From: Leucoraja ocellata
Taxonomy: Eukaryota
DNA length: 64,000 bases
Direction: 5' to 3'
NCBI GenBank assembly: GCA_036785375.1
Contig: JAWMAR010000203.1
Span: forward strand, 3,410,001 to 3,474,000
In this document: positions 51,025 through 62,406 of the stretch, in pieces
How positions within the stretch are numbered: the stretch's first letter is position 1
Layout of the letters: each line of letters opens with the position of its first letter
Translations under genes and position numbers: made by a program
The notes under the pieces: generated by a model
Seen by the model: only the letters and a program-made list of their open reading frames with translations
The model's database searches: none
What the model was told of the DNA's origin: nothing

Positions 51025-51780
51025 AGATTAGATTAGATTAGATCCTTTATTTGTCATTCAGACCTTTCGGTCTGAATGAAATGTCATTGCCTGCAGCCAT
51101 ACATGTAATAATAAACAACAAAACACCGGGCGATGGTAAGTCAGTCCCGCGGCTCACCGAGCTCCGTGAATGGGCCGGTTCAAGCTCCGCGGCCCGGGGT
51201 GGTCGAAGCTGCCGCCCTCCAGTCCAGCGGACGCAGCTGTTGCCGCGGGAGCTCCGGAAAACAGGCACCAGTCTGTGACCTGCGAGCTCCCGACGATGTC
51301 GTCCACTGGCCCGCGGCCGAGCCCCGGATTCAGGTCGCCGCCGCTAGAACGCCGCCTCAGCTACTGGAGCGCCGTCCCAGCCCCAAGCCTGGCCGCCCCC
51401 ACGGGAGCGCCATCTCAGCGCCGAGCGTCGAGTCATGTCGCTGCCACTGCGCCGGGCTGCCTCAGCCCCGTGCCGGGCCGCCTCAGGCACCGGATAGCCG
51501 TCCCGGCCCCGAGCCGGGTCGCCCTCACGGGAGTGCCGTCCCACCGGAACATCGAGTCATGCCGCTGCCACCGGAGCATCTCAGCCCCGCGCCGGGTCGC
51601 CCTCACGGGAGCGCCGAGTCACTGGAACAGAAAGCCCTGTTTTAGCCCCCCCCCGCACCCCACACACATAACACAACCTAATAACCAAAAATGTAACTAA
51701 ACAAGACAAAAAAAACCAACACAAAAAAGTAAAAACAGACGGACTGCAGGAGAGCCGTTCAACAGCGCCGCCACTTCCGG
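51025..51780 (-). mobile_element. GC-rich non-autonomous retroelement with (TCTAA)n tail
   Basis: Shares terminal regions with 31030-32127. Confidence 0.6.
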
Positions 51781-52019
51781 AGCCTGACCTGCTGCATATT
51801 TCCAGCATTTTCTTTCTTTTCGTTAATTTTTTTTAAAAAAGCTTCTTGTTGTAGATTGGTTACTTTACTTACTAACCAATGTAGTGCTTTATTATTATAT
51901 GGCAGGAGACAGCGTTTATCCTCTGTGACTTGGGAGATCTTGGTTTCTTAGTAAATGATTTACTGAAGCCAGTAAGCAGATATAGCAAACCAACGTGAAA
52001 GCTATATAGTGGAAATGTC

Positions 52020-53043
52020 AAGGACTAGAGGACATAGCTTCAAGGTGAGAGAGGCAAAGTTTAAAGGAGATGTACGGGGCAAGTTGTTTTACACAGAGGG
52101 TGGTGAGTGCCTGGAACATGTTGCTAATAGTGGTGGTGGAGGCTGATATGATAGTGGCATTTAAGAGGTGTTTAGATAGGCATATGGATGTGCAGGGAAT
52201 GGAGGGATATGATTCACGTGCAGGCAGAGAAGATTGGTTTAACTTGGCTCCATGTTTGTCACAGACATTGCAAACTGAAGGGCCTGTACTATGTTCTAAA
52301 CTCTATGAGGTTGGCAGATTCTGTTCACAACACATTCCAAGACAGACCACTACATAAAGGATTCACTGTTATTTTGCATAATGATTTTTCCTTGTTCTTT
52401 ATTTTATAAGGGGCAAAGTTTAACAAAGATGTGCAGGGTGAGTTCTTATACACAGATGGTGGTGGGTTCCTGGAACACGCTGCCAGGGGTGGTAGTGGAG
52501 GCAGATATGATAGTGGTGTTTAAGAGGCTTTTAGGAAGCAGTTACGCAGCTGATTTTCCAATAAACCTGGGATGTCCTGGGATGTCAGGACTTTCATATG
52601 AAGAAAGACTGGATAGACTCGGCTTGTACTCGCTAGAATTTAGGAAATTGAGGGGGGATCTTATAGAAACTTACAAAATTCTTAAGGGATTGGACAGGCT
52701 AGATGCAGGAAGATTGTTCCCGATGTTGGGGAAGTCCAGAACAAGAGGTCACAGTTTAGGGATAAGGGGAACTCCTTTAGGACCGAGATGAGAAAAACAT
52801 TTTTCACACAGAGAGTGGTGAATCTCTGGAATTCTCTGCCACAGAAGGTAGTTGAGGCCAGTTCATTGGCTATATTTAAGAGGGAGTTAGATGTGGCCCT
52901 TGTGGCTAAAGGGATCGGGGGTATGGAGAGAAGGCAGGTACAGGATACTTAGTTGGATGATCAGCCACGATCATATTGAATGGCGGTGCAGGCTCGAAGG
53001 GCCAAATGGCCTACTCCTGCACCTATTTTCTATGTTTCTATGT
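52020..53043 (+). mobile_element. Cluster of CR1 3' fragments
   Basis: LSYEERLDRLGLYSLE, TRGHS and FTQRVV motifs; (TTTCTATG)n tail ending ~53043. Confidence 0.85.
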
Positions 53044-53086
53044 AAACCCTAGTGGTTTGTGAAATGTTTCACTTCTCACTAAACAG

Positions 53087-53327
53087 CTCGCTAATTTACA
53101 ACACTTATCGAGTCCACACCCAAGATTACAAGTTGTTCAGCCACAGCCATACAATGATGTCTGCCTTGTGCTTGTTGTGCTTCTTGTGCGTGATGGTGGA
53201 AGATTGGTGGAAACAGGGCCGCGACGTGAACACTCTTTCCTTGACCCCATTTACAACACGTTATATTGCGGTCATTTACAACACAAAGATCCAATCTTTA
53301 CCCCAGTAACAGTAAACTTAGTGAATA
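53087..53327 (+). CDS. Gene B candidate optional extracellular exon (80 codons, unknown fold)
   Basis: Unique DNA, acceptor tttcacttctcactaaacag, donor ATA|gtaaga. Open in phase 0 to 1: LANLQHLSSPHPRLQVVQPQPYNDVCLVLVVLLVRDGGRLVETGPRREHSFLDPIYNTLYCGHLQHKDPIFTPVTVNLVN. Confidence 0.35.
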
Positions 53328-54230
53328 GTAAGAATGTTAGTCTATGAATAGAATAATGTAGATTTTCTCCTCTGAAAGGCCTATCTCATTTCTTTAAGTA
53401 TAGATATTTGTAGAACTAGAATATTAAGTGATAATCAAGGAGTATCTATAGTAACATTGACTTCTCTAACTTCGTAGCCCTTGCTTTCCCTCTCTCTCCA
53501 TCACCTCCCTATTCCCAGTTCTCCTACCAGTCTTTCTGTCTCTGACTACATTTTATCTCTGTACTGCCCACTTCCCTGACATCAGTCTGAAGAAGAGTCC
53601 CAACCAGAAAAGTCACCCATTCCTTCTCTCCAGAGATGCTGTCTGTTCCGCTGAGTTACTCCAGCAGTTTGTGTTTGCCTTCGATTTAAACCAACATCTG
53701 CAGTTCTTTCATACACATATCTATATTAACAGACATATTGGTAATATTTACCATGGAATTCCTGCAGAATAAAATCCCATTGACATATTTCACAAGAGCA
53801 ATATATCGGAAATATTAGATTTTAATATATTTCTGTTTCAATTGTCTGTGCGGAGATTGCATGTTTTAGCTGTGACCGCGTGGGTTTCCTCCGGGTGCTC
53901 CGGTTTCCTCGCACGTCCAAAAGACATAAAGGTTTGTAGTTCAATTGGTCCCTGCACATTGCCTCTAGTGTGTAGAGAGTGGATGTGAAAGGGTGATAAC
54001 ATACAACTGGTGTAAACGGATGATCGATAGTCAGCGTGGACTCTGCGGGTTGAAGCACCAGGTTCTATCTGTGTTTCTAATCAAAATTAAACTAAATGAC
54101 ATACATAATTAATGTTTCATGTAACAGTGCATTTAAATGATTTAATGTAATGTAACATGCAATAGTCATGATTATATTTGCTATTCATTGTAGCATTATT
54201 TTGATTCATATTTCAATTGTGATTTTCAAG

Positions 54231-54332
54231 GATCCTCCAAGTATTATTTCATTCGACTGAGTCTGATCCTAATAGTACCAATATGGGTCTTGATTGTGTA
54301 TCATTATCACAATAAATTGAAGAAAGGAAAAG
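54231..54332 (+). CDS. Gene B transmembrane exon with charged Arg
   Basis: Acceptor tttcaattgtgattttcaag, donor AAG|gtattg, phase 1-1. (R)SSKYYFIRLSLILIVPIWVLIVYHYHNKLKKGK is a hydrophobic span followed by a basic stop-transfer cluster. Confidence 0.8.
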
Positions 54333-54954
54333 GTATTGTATACATTGTACATTTTATTTTGTAATTTAACTAAAAACTGAGTATATAAAAGTGAATATTG
54401 TCTTTAGTTCCAGAGAGATTAAAATAATTTAAACAAAATGAGGGTGACAGCTTGTAGAGCTGCTGCCTCACAGCGCTAGAGATCCAGGTTAGAAACATAG
54501 AAACATAGACAATAGGTGCAGGAGTGGGCCATTCAGCCCTTCGAGCCTGCACCACCATTCAATGTGATCATGACTGATCATCTAAAATCCGTACACCGTT
54601 CTTGCTTTTTCACCATATCCCTTGATTCCTTTAGCCCTAAGAAATAAATCTAACTCGCTCTTGAATCCTGACTACGGGTGCTGACTTTGTGTAGAGTTTG
54701 CATGTTCTCCCTGTGACCACTTGGATTTCCTCAGAGTGCTTTGTTTTTCTCCCACATCCCAAAGATGTGTGGGTTTGTAGGTTAATTGACCCTGTGTAAA
54801 TTGCCCCTAGTGTGCAGGGAGTGGATGTGAAAATGGGATAATGTAGAACTAGTCCGAACAGGTGATCGATGGTCGGCGTAGACGCGGTGGGCTGAATGGC
54901 CTGTTTCTGTCCTGTATCTCTGAAATACACTAAATATTCATGATATTTTTATAG

Positions 54955-55022
54955 AATCATCTGTCCATGATGCAACTGTTGATATTCAAAGCATGAGAAA
55001 CCGAAATAACTCAGTAAATGAG
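54955..55022 (+). CDS. Gene B cytoplasmic exon
   Basis: Acceptor atatttttatag, strong donor GAG|gtgagt, phase 1-0; (E)SSVHDATVDIQSMRNRNNSVNE. Confidence 0.75.
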
Positions 55023-55099
55023 GTGAGTAATTTAGTTTGATATTTACCCTTATGTTGCATGCACGATGTTCTAATGTACACTGCGGTATTGTCAGCTTA

Positions 55100-56015
55100 T
55101 ATGAACAAATTCATCAGCACTATTGGATGTAATGGACTTTGTGGTTTTGCAGATAGTGAAGATGATTGTGAAAGATTGTAGCCGGATTGGCCAGGTGGGC
55201 AGAGGAATGGTTGATGGCATTTAATACAGAGAAGTGTGAGGTGTTGTATTTTGGGATGTGAAACAAGGGCATTACCTACACAGTAAATGGTAGGCCTCTG
55301 GGTAATATTGTAGAGTAGAGGCATCTACCTGGGACTCGACCATGGTTCGTTGAAGGTCGAGTCGCAGGTAGATAAGGTGGTCGAAAAGGCTTTTGGCACT
55401 TTGGCCTTCATCAGTCAAAGTATTGAGTATCGAAGCTAAGAGGTCATGTTGTAGTTGTATAAGACGTTGATGAGACGGCATTTAGAATATTGTGTTCAGT
55501 TTTGGGCACTATGTTAGAGGAAAGATATTGTCAAGCTTGAAAGGTTTCAGAAAATATTTATGAGGATGTTGCCAGGACTAGAGGGTGTGAGCTACAGGTA
55601 GAGATTGAGTAGGCTGGGTCCCTATTCCATGGAGCACAGGAGGATGATGGGAGATCTTATAGAGGTATAAATAATCATGAGAGGAATAGATCGGGCAGAT
55701 GCACAGAGGCTCTTGCCCAAAGTAGGGGAATCGAGGACCAGAGGACATAGGTTCAAGGTGAAGGGGAAAAGATTTAATAGGAATCCGAGGGGTATCTTTT
55801 ACACACAAAGGATGGTGGATGTATGGAACAAGCTGCCAGAGCAGATGCTATCCCATCGTTTAAGAAACAGTTCGACAGGTAAATGGATAGGGCGGGTTTG
55901 GAGGGTTATGGACCAAGCGCAGGCAAGTGGGACTAGTGCAGCTGGGACATTGTTGGCCGGTGTGGGCGAGTTGGGCCAAAGGGCCTGTTTCCACACTGTA
56001 TCTCTCTCTATGTCT
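55100..56015 (+). mobile_element. Old CR1/HER1-type 3' fragment
   Basis: Degenerate RT C-terminus; ORF 55677-56021 TRGHRFKVKG...WNKLP. Confidence 0.8.
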
Positions 56016-56286
56016 CTATAACACAAGACATTCTGCGGCACGGTGGTGCAGTGGGAGTGTTGCTGTCTCATAGCTGAGTCGCACGTTACGAATTAGCACA
56101 AGAGGTACCCCGAGTTAAAACTCGTGGTAATAACGTACGATTAACGTACCAAATTCGTAGACGTAACTTAGAGACTCGTGGCGCTAACGGCAGGTACTCG
56201 AGAAACTTGTCAACTCTTGCAAAAAGTCAAACATGTTTAAAATTTTCCACGAGTCAATTTTACCCTTGTGGTTAGGAATTGAAACA

Positions 56287-57175
56287 ACGTACGACATACG
56301 CTCATCCAATTTAAAACATTACATAGATTATATTATTCAAAAACTAAATTAAATAAAATCTTCCCTAATGTTTCACCAATCTGTGATAAATGCCTGTGTC
56401 AAGAAGCTACCATAGCGCACTCTTTTGTTTTTTGTACAAAAATCCAAAAATTCTGGTATGAAATATTTGATATTTTTTCAAAATTAGTCAAAATAAAACT
56501 GGTACCAAAACCAGAATGGATTATCTTTGGAATATCGGAAGGTAACCCTGAACTAAACGTGCTTCAGAAGAATGTATTTAATTACGGGCTAATAATGGGA
56601 AAAAAGCTTATACTTAAATTCTGGAAAAATGCGCCCATACCAACAATAAAAATGTGGATATCAAATATGTTTGAAACATTACATCTGGAAGAGATGAAAT
56701 TCCTCTTAGCAGGTAAAGCAGACCAATTCCAAAAGACGTGGTCTATGTTTCTGGCATCTCTATTACAAGTATGAGGTGCAATAGTAATTTAAATAAATAA
56801 ATAAATGGTATCAGGACCTGGTAACGGGAGGTAAAACAACAAAAACAGACTTGGTTGGTAGTCCCCTTTCTGCGGAGTTTAATGTTATAATAGAGCGATT
56901 GTTCCTATTTTCTTTTTCTTTCTTTTCTAGGGTCTATTTTCTCACTTTACTTCCTTCTCTAACTTCTTTTCTAAGGGCTTTCTTTTCCCAACACTCTTGC
57001 ACTTCACGACTCTTGCGCACTTTCTTTATTTGCCTTACTTCTATCTTTTTCTTAAAGCTCAAAAAAAATGAAGCGGTACAAAAAATGTATTAAGATATAT
57101 GTGTTGTGTAGTATTGTAATTTACCGTACTTCTAATAAAAATAAAATAAAATAAAAAAATTAATTAAAAAAAAAA
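56287..57175 (+). mobile_element. L1-clade 3' fragment with poly(A)
   Basis: CDKC knuckle, KKLILKFWK similarity to 48271-50524 and A-rich tail. 11-bp TSD GAATTGAAACA (56276-86, 57176-86). Confidence 0.85.
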
Positions 57176-57317
57176 GAATTGAAACATTTTAACTTGTAAG
57201 AACGTAGTGGCCCGTGCGTTTACCTTAGTGTATCGTGAGTCTACCGTGGGAACTCTTTAACTCAGCGGGCAGGCAGCAGCAGATTGTCGCTCCCTTCAGT
57301 TTCCCAGCGACAATCAC

Positions 57318-58501
57318 CTGCCATAACGCGAGAGAGATCATGCACTGTTGTAGGTCTCCTTTGCACGTCGGTGTTTCTGTCTTTCTCCACTCATTGTTGA
57401 CCCTATCTGTCACCACCCCCACCTACACCCCTCTGCTTCCCGGCCATGTGTGTGACCCCTTCCCTCCCCTCTCCAGCTCCCCGCCCATTACACCAGCGTG
57501 GGGGCTTTGCACTGTCTTCACGGCGGCGATGCCAGCGGGTTAGTGCCAATCGCCCCGGGGCAGTCGCTCCCTTCAGTTTCCCAGGGGGTCGAGATAGGAC
57601 TGGAGTTGGGAGGGAAAGGTGGGGGGGTGGGGGGGTTAGGTGAGCAGGAGAGTGGAGTTGTTTGCAGTTGCAGAGGAAGGGGGCAAGGGCGGTACAGTTC
57701 CCAGTCTCTGCTCCTGCCCAGGGGGGTGGCCGGAGACGTCAGGACCAACGAGACACCGACCCCCAGGCCCACCAGGCCCACTGCAAGCACGGAGAACCCA
57801 GAGACCCACAGCCAACAGCAACTCCAGCCCAGTCCCGCTCCAACTCCAGAGGAACCCGCTCCCCGTAGGGTCAGAAGCTGATGGTGTGCAAGGTACGTCT
57901 TGTTCTTGGGATGGCGGATGAGGGGGCGCAGCTCGGGCTATGGGCGAACTGCCACTTGTCGCCGTAGCAGCCCATCGGGAGCGAGGCTGGGCTGGAGTTG
58001 CTGTTGGCTATGGGTCTCTGGGTTCTCCGTGCTTGCAGTGGGCCTGGTGGGCCTGGGGGTCGGTGTCCCGTTGGCCCTGACGTCTCAGGCCACCACCCTG
58101 GGTAGAAGCTGAGACGGAACTGTACCGCCCTTGCCCCCTCCCTCTGCAACTGCAAACAACCCCACTCTCCTGGCCACCTAACCCCCCCCCCCCCCCCTCA
58201 CCTTTTCCTCCCAACTCCAGTCCCGTCCCGACCCCCTGGGAAACTGAAGGGAGCGACTGCCCCGGGGCGACTGGCACTGACCTGCTGGCATCGCCGACGT
58301 GAAGACAGTGCAAAGCCCCCTCGCTGGTGCAATGGGCGGGGAGCTGGAGAGGGGAGGGAAGGGTCACACACATGGCCGGGAAGCAAAGGGGTGTAGGTGG
58401 GGGTGGTGACAGATAGGGCCAACAATGAGTGGAGAAAGACAGAAACACCGACGTGCAAAGGAGACCTACAACAGTGCATGATCTCTCTCGTGTTATGGCA
58501 G
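57318..58501. repeat. Long inverted repeat (foldback) element
   Basis: Arms ~57318-57832 and ~57985-58501 are reverse complements; sequence shared with 4584-5310. Confidence 0.85.
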
Positions 58502-61500
58502 CTGTTCCTGAAGCTAAAGCCTTGGGATCGTTGCCCTTCGTGTTGGCGTGGAGGGGGAGGGGGAGAGGGTATTGTGCTGTTTGATCGCCCCCTGCTATCC
58601 CAGGGACAGGGAGACACAGCGGCTTTTGAGACTGGTGGGCAATCACGTCTAAAGTGTGTGCCCATACAGTCAGTACACCTCTCCTACACTTGTCTCCACC
58701 TCTCCTACACCTGCCTCCACCACTTCCACTGGAAGCTCATTCCACACCGCTACCACTCTCTGAGTAAAGAAGTTCCCCCTCATGTTACCCCTAAACCTCT
58801 GTCCCTTAATTCGTGGGTTTTCTCCGGGTGCTCCCGTTTCCTCTCATTCTTCAAATTGGCTTCTGTAAAAACTATCACTAGTGTGTAGGATAGTGCTAGT
58901 GCAGGGGTTAATCGCTGTTCGGCACGGACTCGGTGGGCCGAAGGGCCTGTTTCCGCACTGTTTCTCTAAAGTCTAGTGCATCTGCAGTTCCTTGTGTCAG
59001 CAAAACCGAATTGTCGCTGTCCTTTTTCAATCGAGAGAATTTTTCAATGCATTTAACTTGTTTGCCGTTTCCTTCCATCAGCTGGAATTATACTGCCAAC
59101 AAAGTGAGATCCATATTCCAAAACACACTTCCTCTTCAAGGAGGCCTTGTGGTCAACTGCATACCAGTCATTGGACATTGCTCGTGCAATGAGTTTCGTT
59201 GTTAATAACCAGTTGAAGAAGTGATGTTGCTACTAATATGCGTTGGATTCCATTCTCTTCAACTAAATCTACTATGCGTAAAATGACCTCAAGTGCCTGG
59301 TTTACTCATTATAGTGAATGCAGGGTCTTTTACCCAGGATAGGGAAATCTGGCTGCATTATTCAAGCACTTTGGGGTTTTTTCCAAGCCACCATCTGCAG
59401 TTCCTTGCGTATTTATTAAAGAAGTTCGGTTCTGTTACTTTTTTGAGTAAGAAAGAACTTCAGATGCTGGTAAAAATCAAAGGTTTTGATCAGTCTGAAG
59501 AAGGATCTCGACCCCATTCCTTCTCTCCAGAGATGCTGCCTCACCGGCTGAGTTACTCCTGCATTTTGTGTCTATCTTCTGTTACTTTTTTATTCTTCTA
59601 CTCTGTGAAGACTTTAAGCTCGGAGTATAATTCCAGGGTCTCATTGTCCTCAATGTTATCTCTCACTTCTTCAAGTGTATATCCTAGCGTTGATGAAATG
59701 ACATATCTTGACCAAGTCTGATTAGACTTTAGAGATACAGTGTGGAAACAGGACATTTGGCCCACCGAGTCCGCACCGACCAGCAATCACCTCTTTCACT
59801 AGCGCGATCCTACACACTAGGGACATTTTAGAAATTTACCAAAGCCAATTAACCTACAAACCTGTATGTCTTTGGAGTGTGGGAGGAAACTGGAGAATCT
59901 GGAGATCCCACGCGATCAAGGGGAGAACATATAAACTTTGTACAGACAGCACCTGTAGTCGGGATTAAAACCAGGTCTCTGCCGCTGTGAGGCAGCAACT
60001 CTACCGCTGCGCCAATGTGCCCCCTAATCATGCAGAGTTTTGCACATGACATTAGTTGCACTCCTCAGGCTGACTTTCACCTCCGTATCATTTTAGACAC
60101 ACAAAACCTGATAGCGCGCGACAAACAAAACAGCTGTTAATCTTGTCCTTTTAGAGTTGGTCAGATTATAGCAGGCACAGATATTCCCTACACACTGGGG
60201 GCAATTTACAGAAGACCACAAACCCGCACGTCTTTGTGACATGGGAGGAAATTAGAGCATGGATGAATTAATTAACTCTGTCCGATATCTTTCCCTGGAC
60301 ACCCCGTACTTAATGTGCAGCAGCTGAAAGTGATGGGTTTTCTCCTTAAACAGCTCAGTGAGTGGTTGCATGAGTTTTTGCAGTTGGAGGTCACTTCAGT
60401 AAAATATGAATTGCCAGCGCAAAGTTCTCTGATTCTAGCAATATTCCACCGTCATATCACACTGTCCCCTGCCAACAACAATCCCATCAATACCAACCTG
60501 CCTGAGGTCATTTGTTGCCGGCCCTGATTTGTCCCAGTCTTTGCTTACTTTCAGCCCCCCCCCCCCCCCAGTCTGAAGAAGAGTCCCAATCTGAAACGTC
60601 ACCTGTCCACCACATAGACGTTGTCTGTCTCGTTGAGTTTGTGTCTATCTGATTCTAGCAAGCTTTGTTGTTGGGAAAACTGAATGCAATGGACTGGCCA
60701 TTGTTAAGATCAGAAAATGACCCAAAGACTCAACGGTCAGGCAGTATCTGTGCTGAATATGGATAGATAAGTTTCCTCGACGGTGAAACTGATGAGAAGG
60801 TTGGTTGACCCTGTTAAGGGACAAGAGTGTTATCATTTGTTGTCATATACACTGACAACAGAACAATAACATTCTTATTTGCAGCAGCATAACAAGCCTG
60901 TAAACACAAGGCATACAAAGAATATATAGCAAACAAAAATGCAATCCATTGCAAAACCCCACAAAGTGTGTAGTGCAACTAAAGACAGTTTAGTTGATGT
61001 TGTGCAGAGTTCATGAGCCTGATGGTTGGTGGAAATAAGCTGTTCCTGAACCTGGACATTGCTGTTCACACATTCCTGTACCTTCTTCCTGATAGCAGGA
61101 ATGAAATGAAAGCATGGCCAGAGTGCTGTGGGTCTCTGATGTTATTGGTTGACTTTTTGAGGCAGCGCCTCCTGCAGATCCCTTCGATGTTGGGACGGTC
61201 TCTTCCTGCGATGGACTAGGCAGTGCCCACCTCTCTTTGTAACCTGCTTCATTCCTGGGTGATGTTGACAATGATATCAGTGAAACAGATATTGCCCACA
61301 AGTGTCACATGCCCACCGATCACTGACTAGTCCATGGACACACACATCCACACTTTAGCTTTTGCCCATTTGGTGTTTACTAATCAAATTCGTTACTGAT
61401 TTCACATGACTTTTCAATATAAATCAGGAACAGAGCCTCATTATAATTCATAAATTATAAATTATAAATCAGGAACAGAATACCTCATTAGATTCAGCTA

Positions 61501-61509
61501 AAAATAAAA

Positions 61510-62310
61510 TGACCATAAGATCATCAGACATAGTAGCAGAATTAGGTCATTCAGTCCATCGAGTCTGCTCCAACATTCACTCATGGCTGATCTAATTTTC
61601 CCTCTCAACCAATACTCCTGCCTTCTCACCGTAATCTTTGACACCCGTACTAATCAAGAATCTATCATTCTCCGCTTTAAAATGATCCAATGTCTTGGCC
61701 TCTACCACTGACTGCGCTAATGAATTCCACAGATTCACCACCATCTGGCTAAATAAATCCTCTCATCTCCGTTCTATTGTTATCCAAAATGTTCTAAAGT
61801 TCTAAAATTCCTCCGCTCCTCCAATTCTAAAATGAAGAAAATATCTTTCTAACCATAAGTTGGAATGTCTACAGAGACGATTTACGATGATGTTGACAGG
61901 ACTTGAGGGAGAGGTTGAGCAGGCTTGGACTCCCTGGAGCACAGGAGGATAAGGGGCGATCTTATGGAGGTGTATAAAATCATAATGGGAATAAGTGGGT
62001 GAATGCACGGAGTTTTTATAGCCAAAGGGAATTGAGAAATAGAAGGCATATGTTTAATGTGAGAAGGAAAAACCTGAGGGGCAACTTTATCATTCAGGGT
62101 ATATGTGGGTATATGGAACGAGCCGCCGGAGGACGTGGTTGGGGCAGGGACTACAACACCATTTAAAAGATATTTGGACAGGTACATGGACACAAAAGGT
62201 TTAGAGGGACTAGTGCCAACCGCGGGTAAATGGGACTATCTTAGATGGGGCATCTTGGTCGGCGTAGACGAGTTGGGCCGATGGGTCTGTTTCCGTGCTC
62301 TATAACTATG
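61510..62310. mobile_element. CR1 3' fragments in opposite orientations
   Basis: CR1 3' UTR and WNE.PE.VV.A motifs. Confidence 0.7.
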
Positions 62311-62370
62311 ATATCAACTCTGTAACACTAATATTTGCAAGTGGTTCTTATTGTTATTTTTGTGTTGCAG

Positions 62371-62406
62371 GATAATGTTTCAATAAACTATGAAAATCTG
62401 CATTAG
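62371..62406 (+). CDS. Gene B terminal coding exon with ITIM
   Basis: Strong acceptor ttattgttatttttgtgttgcag. Phase 0 gives DNVSINYENLH*; INYENL fits (I/V/L/S)xYxx(L/V). Confidence 0.75.
   Translation, partial: DNVSINYENLH

Noticed and set aside
53052-53309. 85-aa ORF with hydrophobic MMSALCLLCFLCVMV as the gene B TM exon
   Set aside because: The acceptor at 53087 enters this frame in phase 2, which is incompatible with the C1 donor. Exon 54231-54332 fits better.
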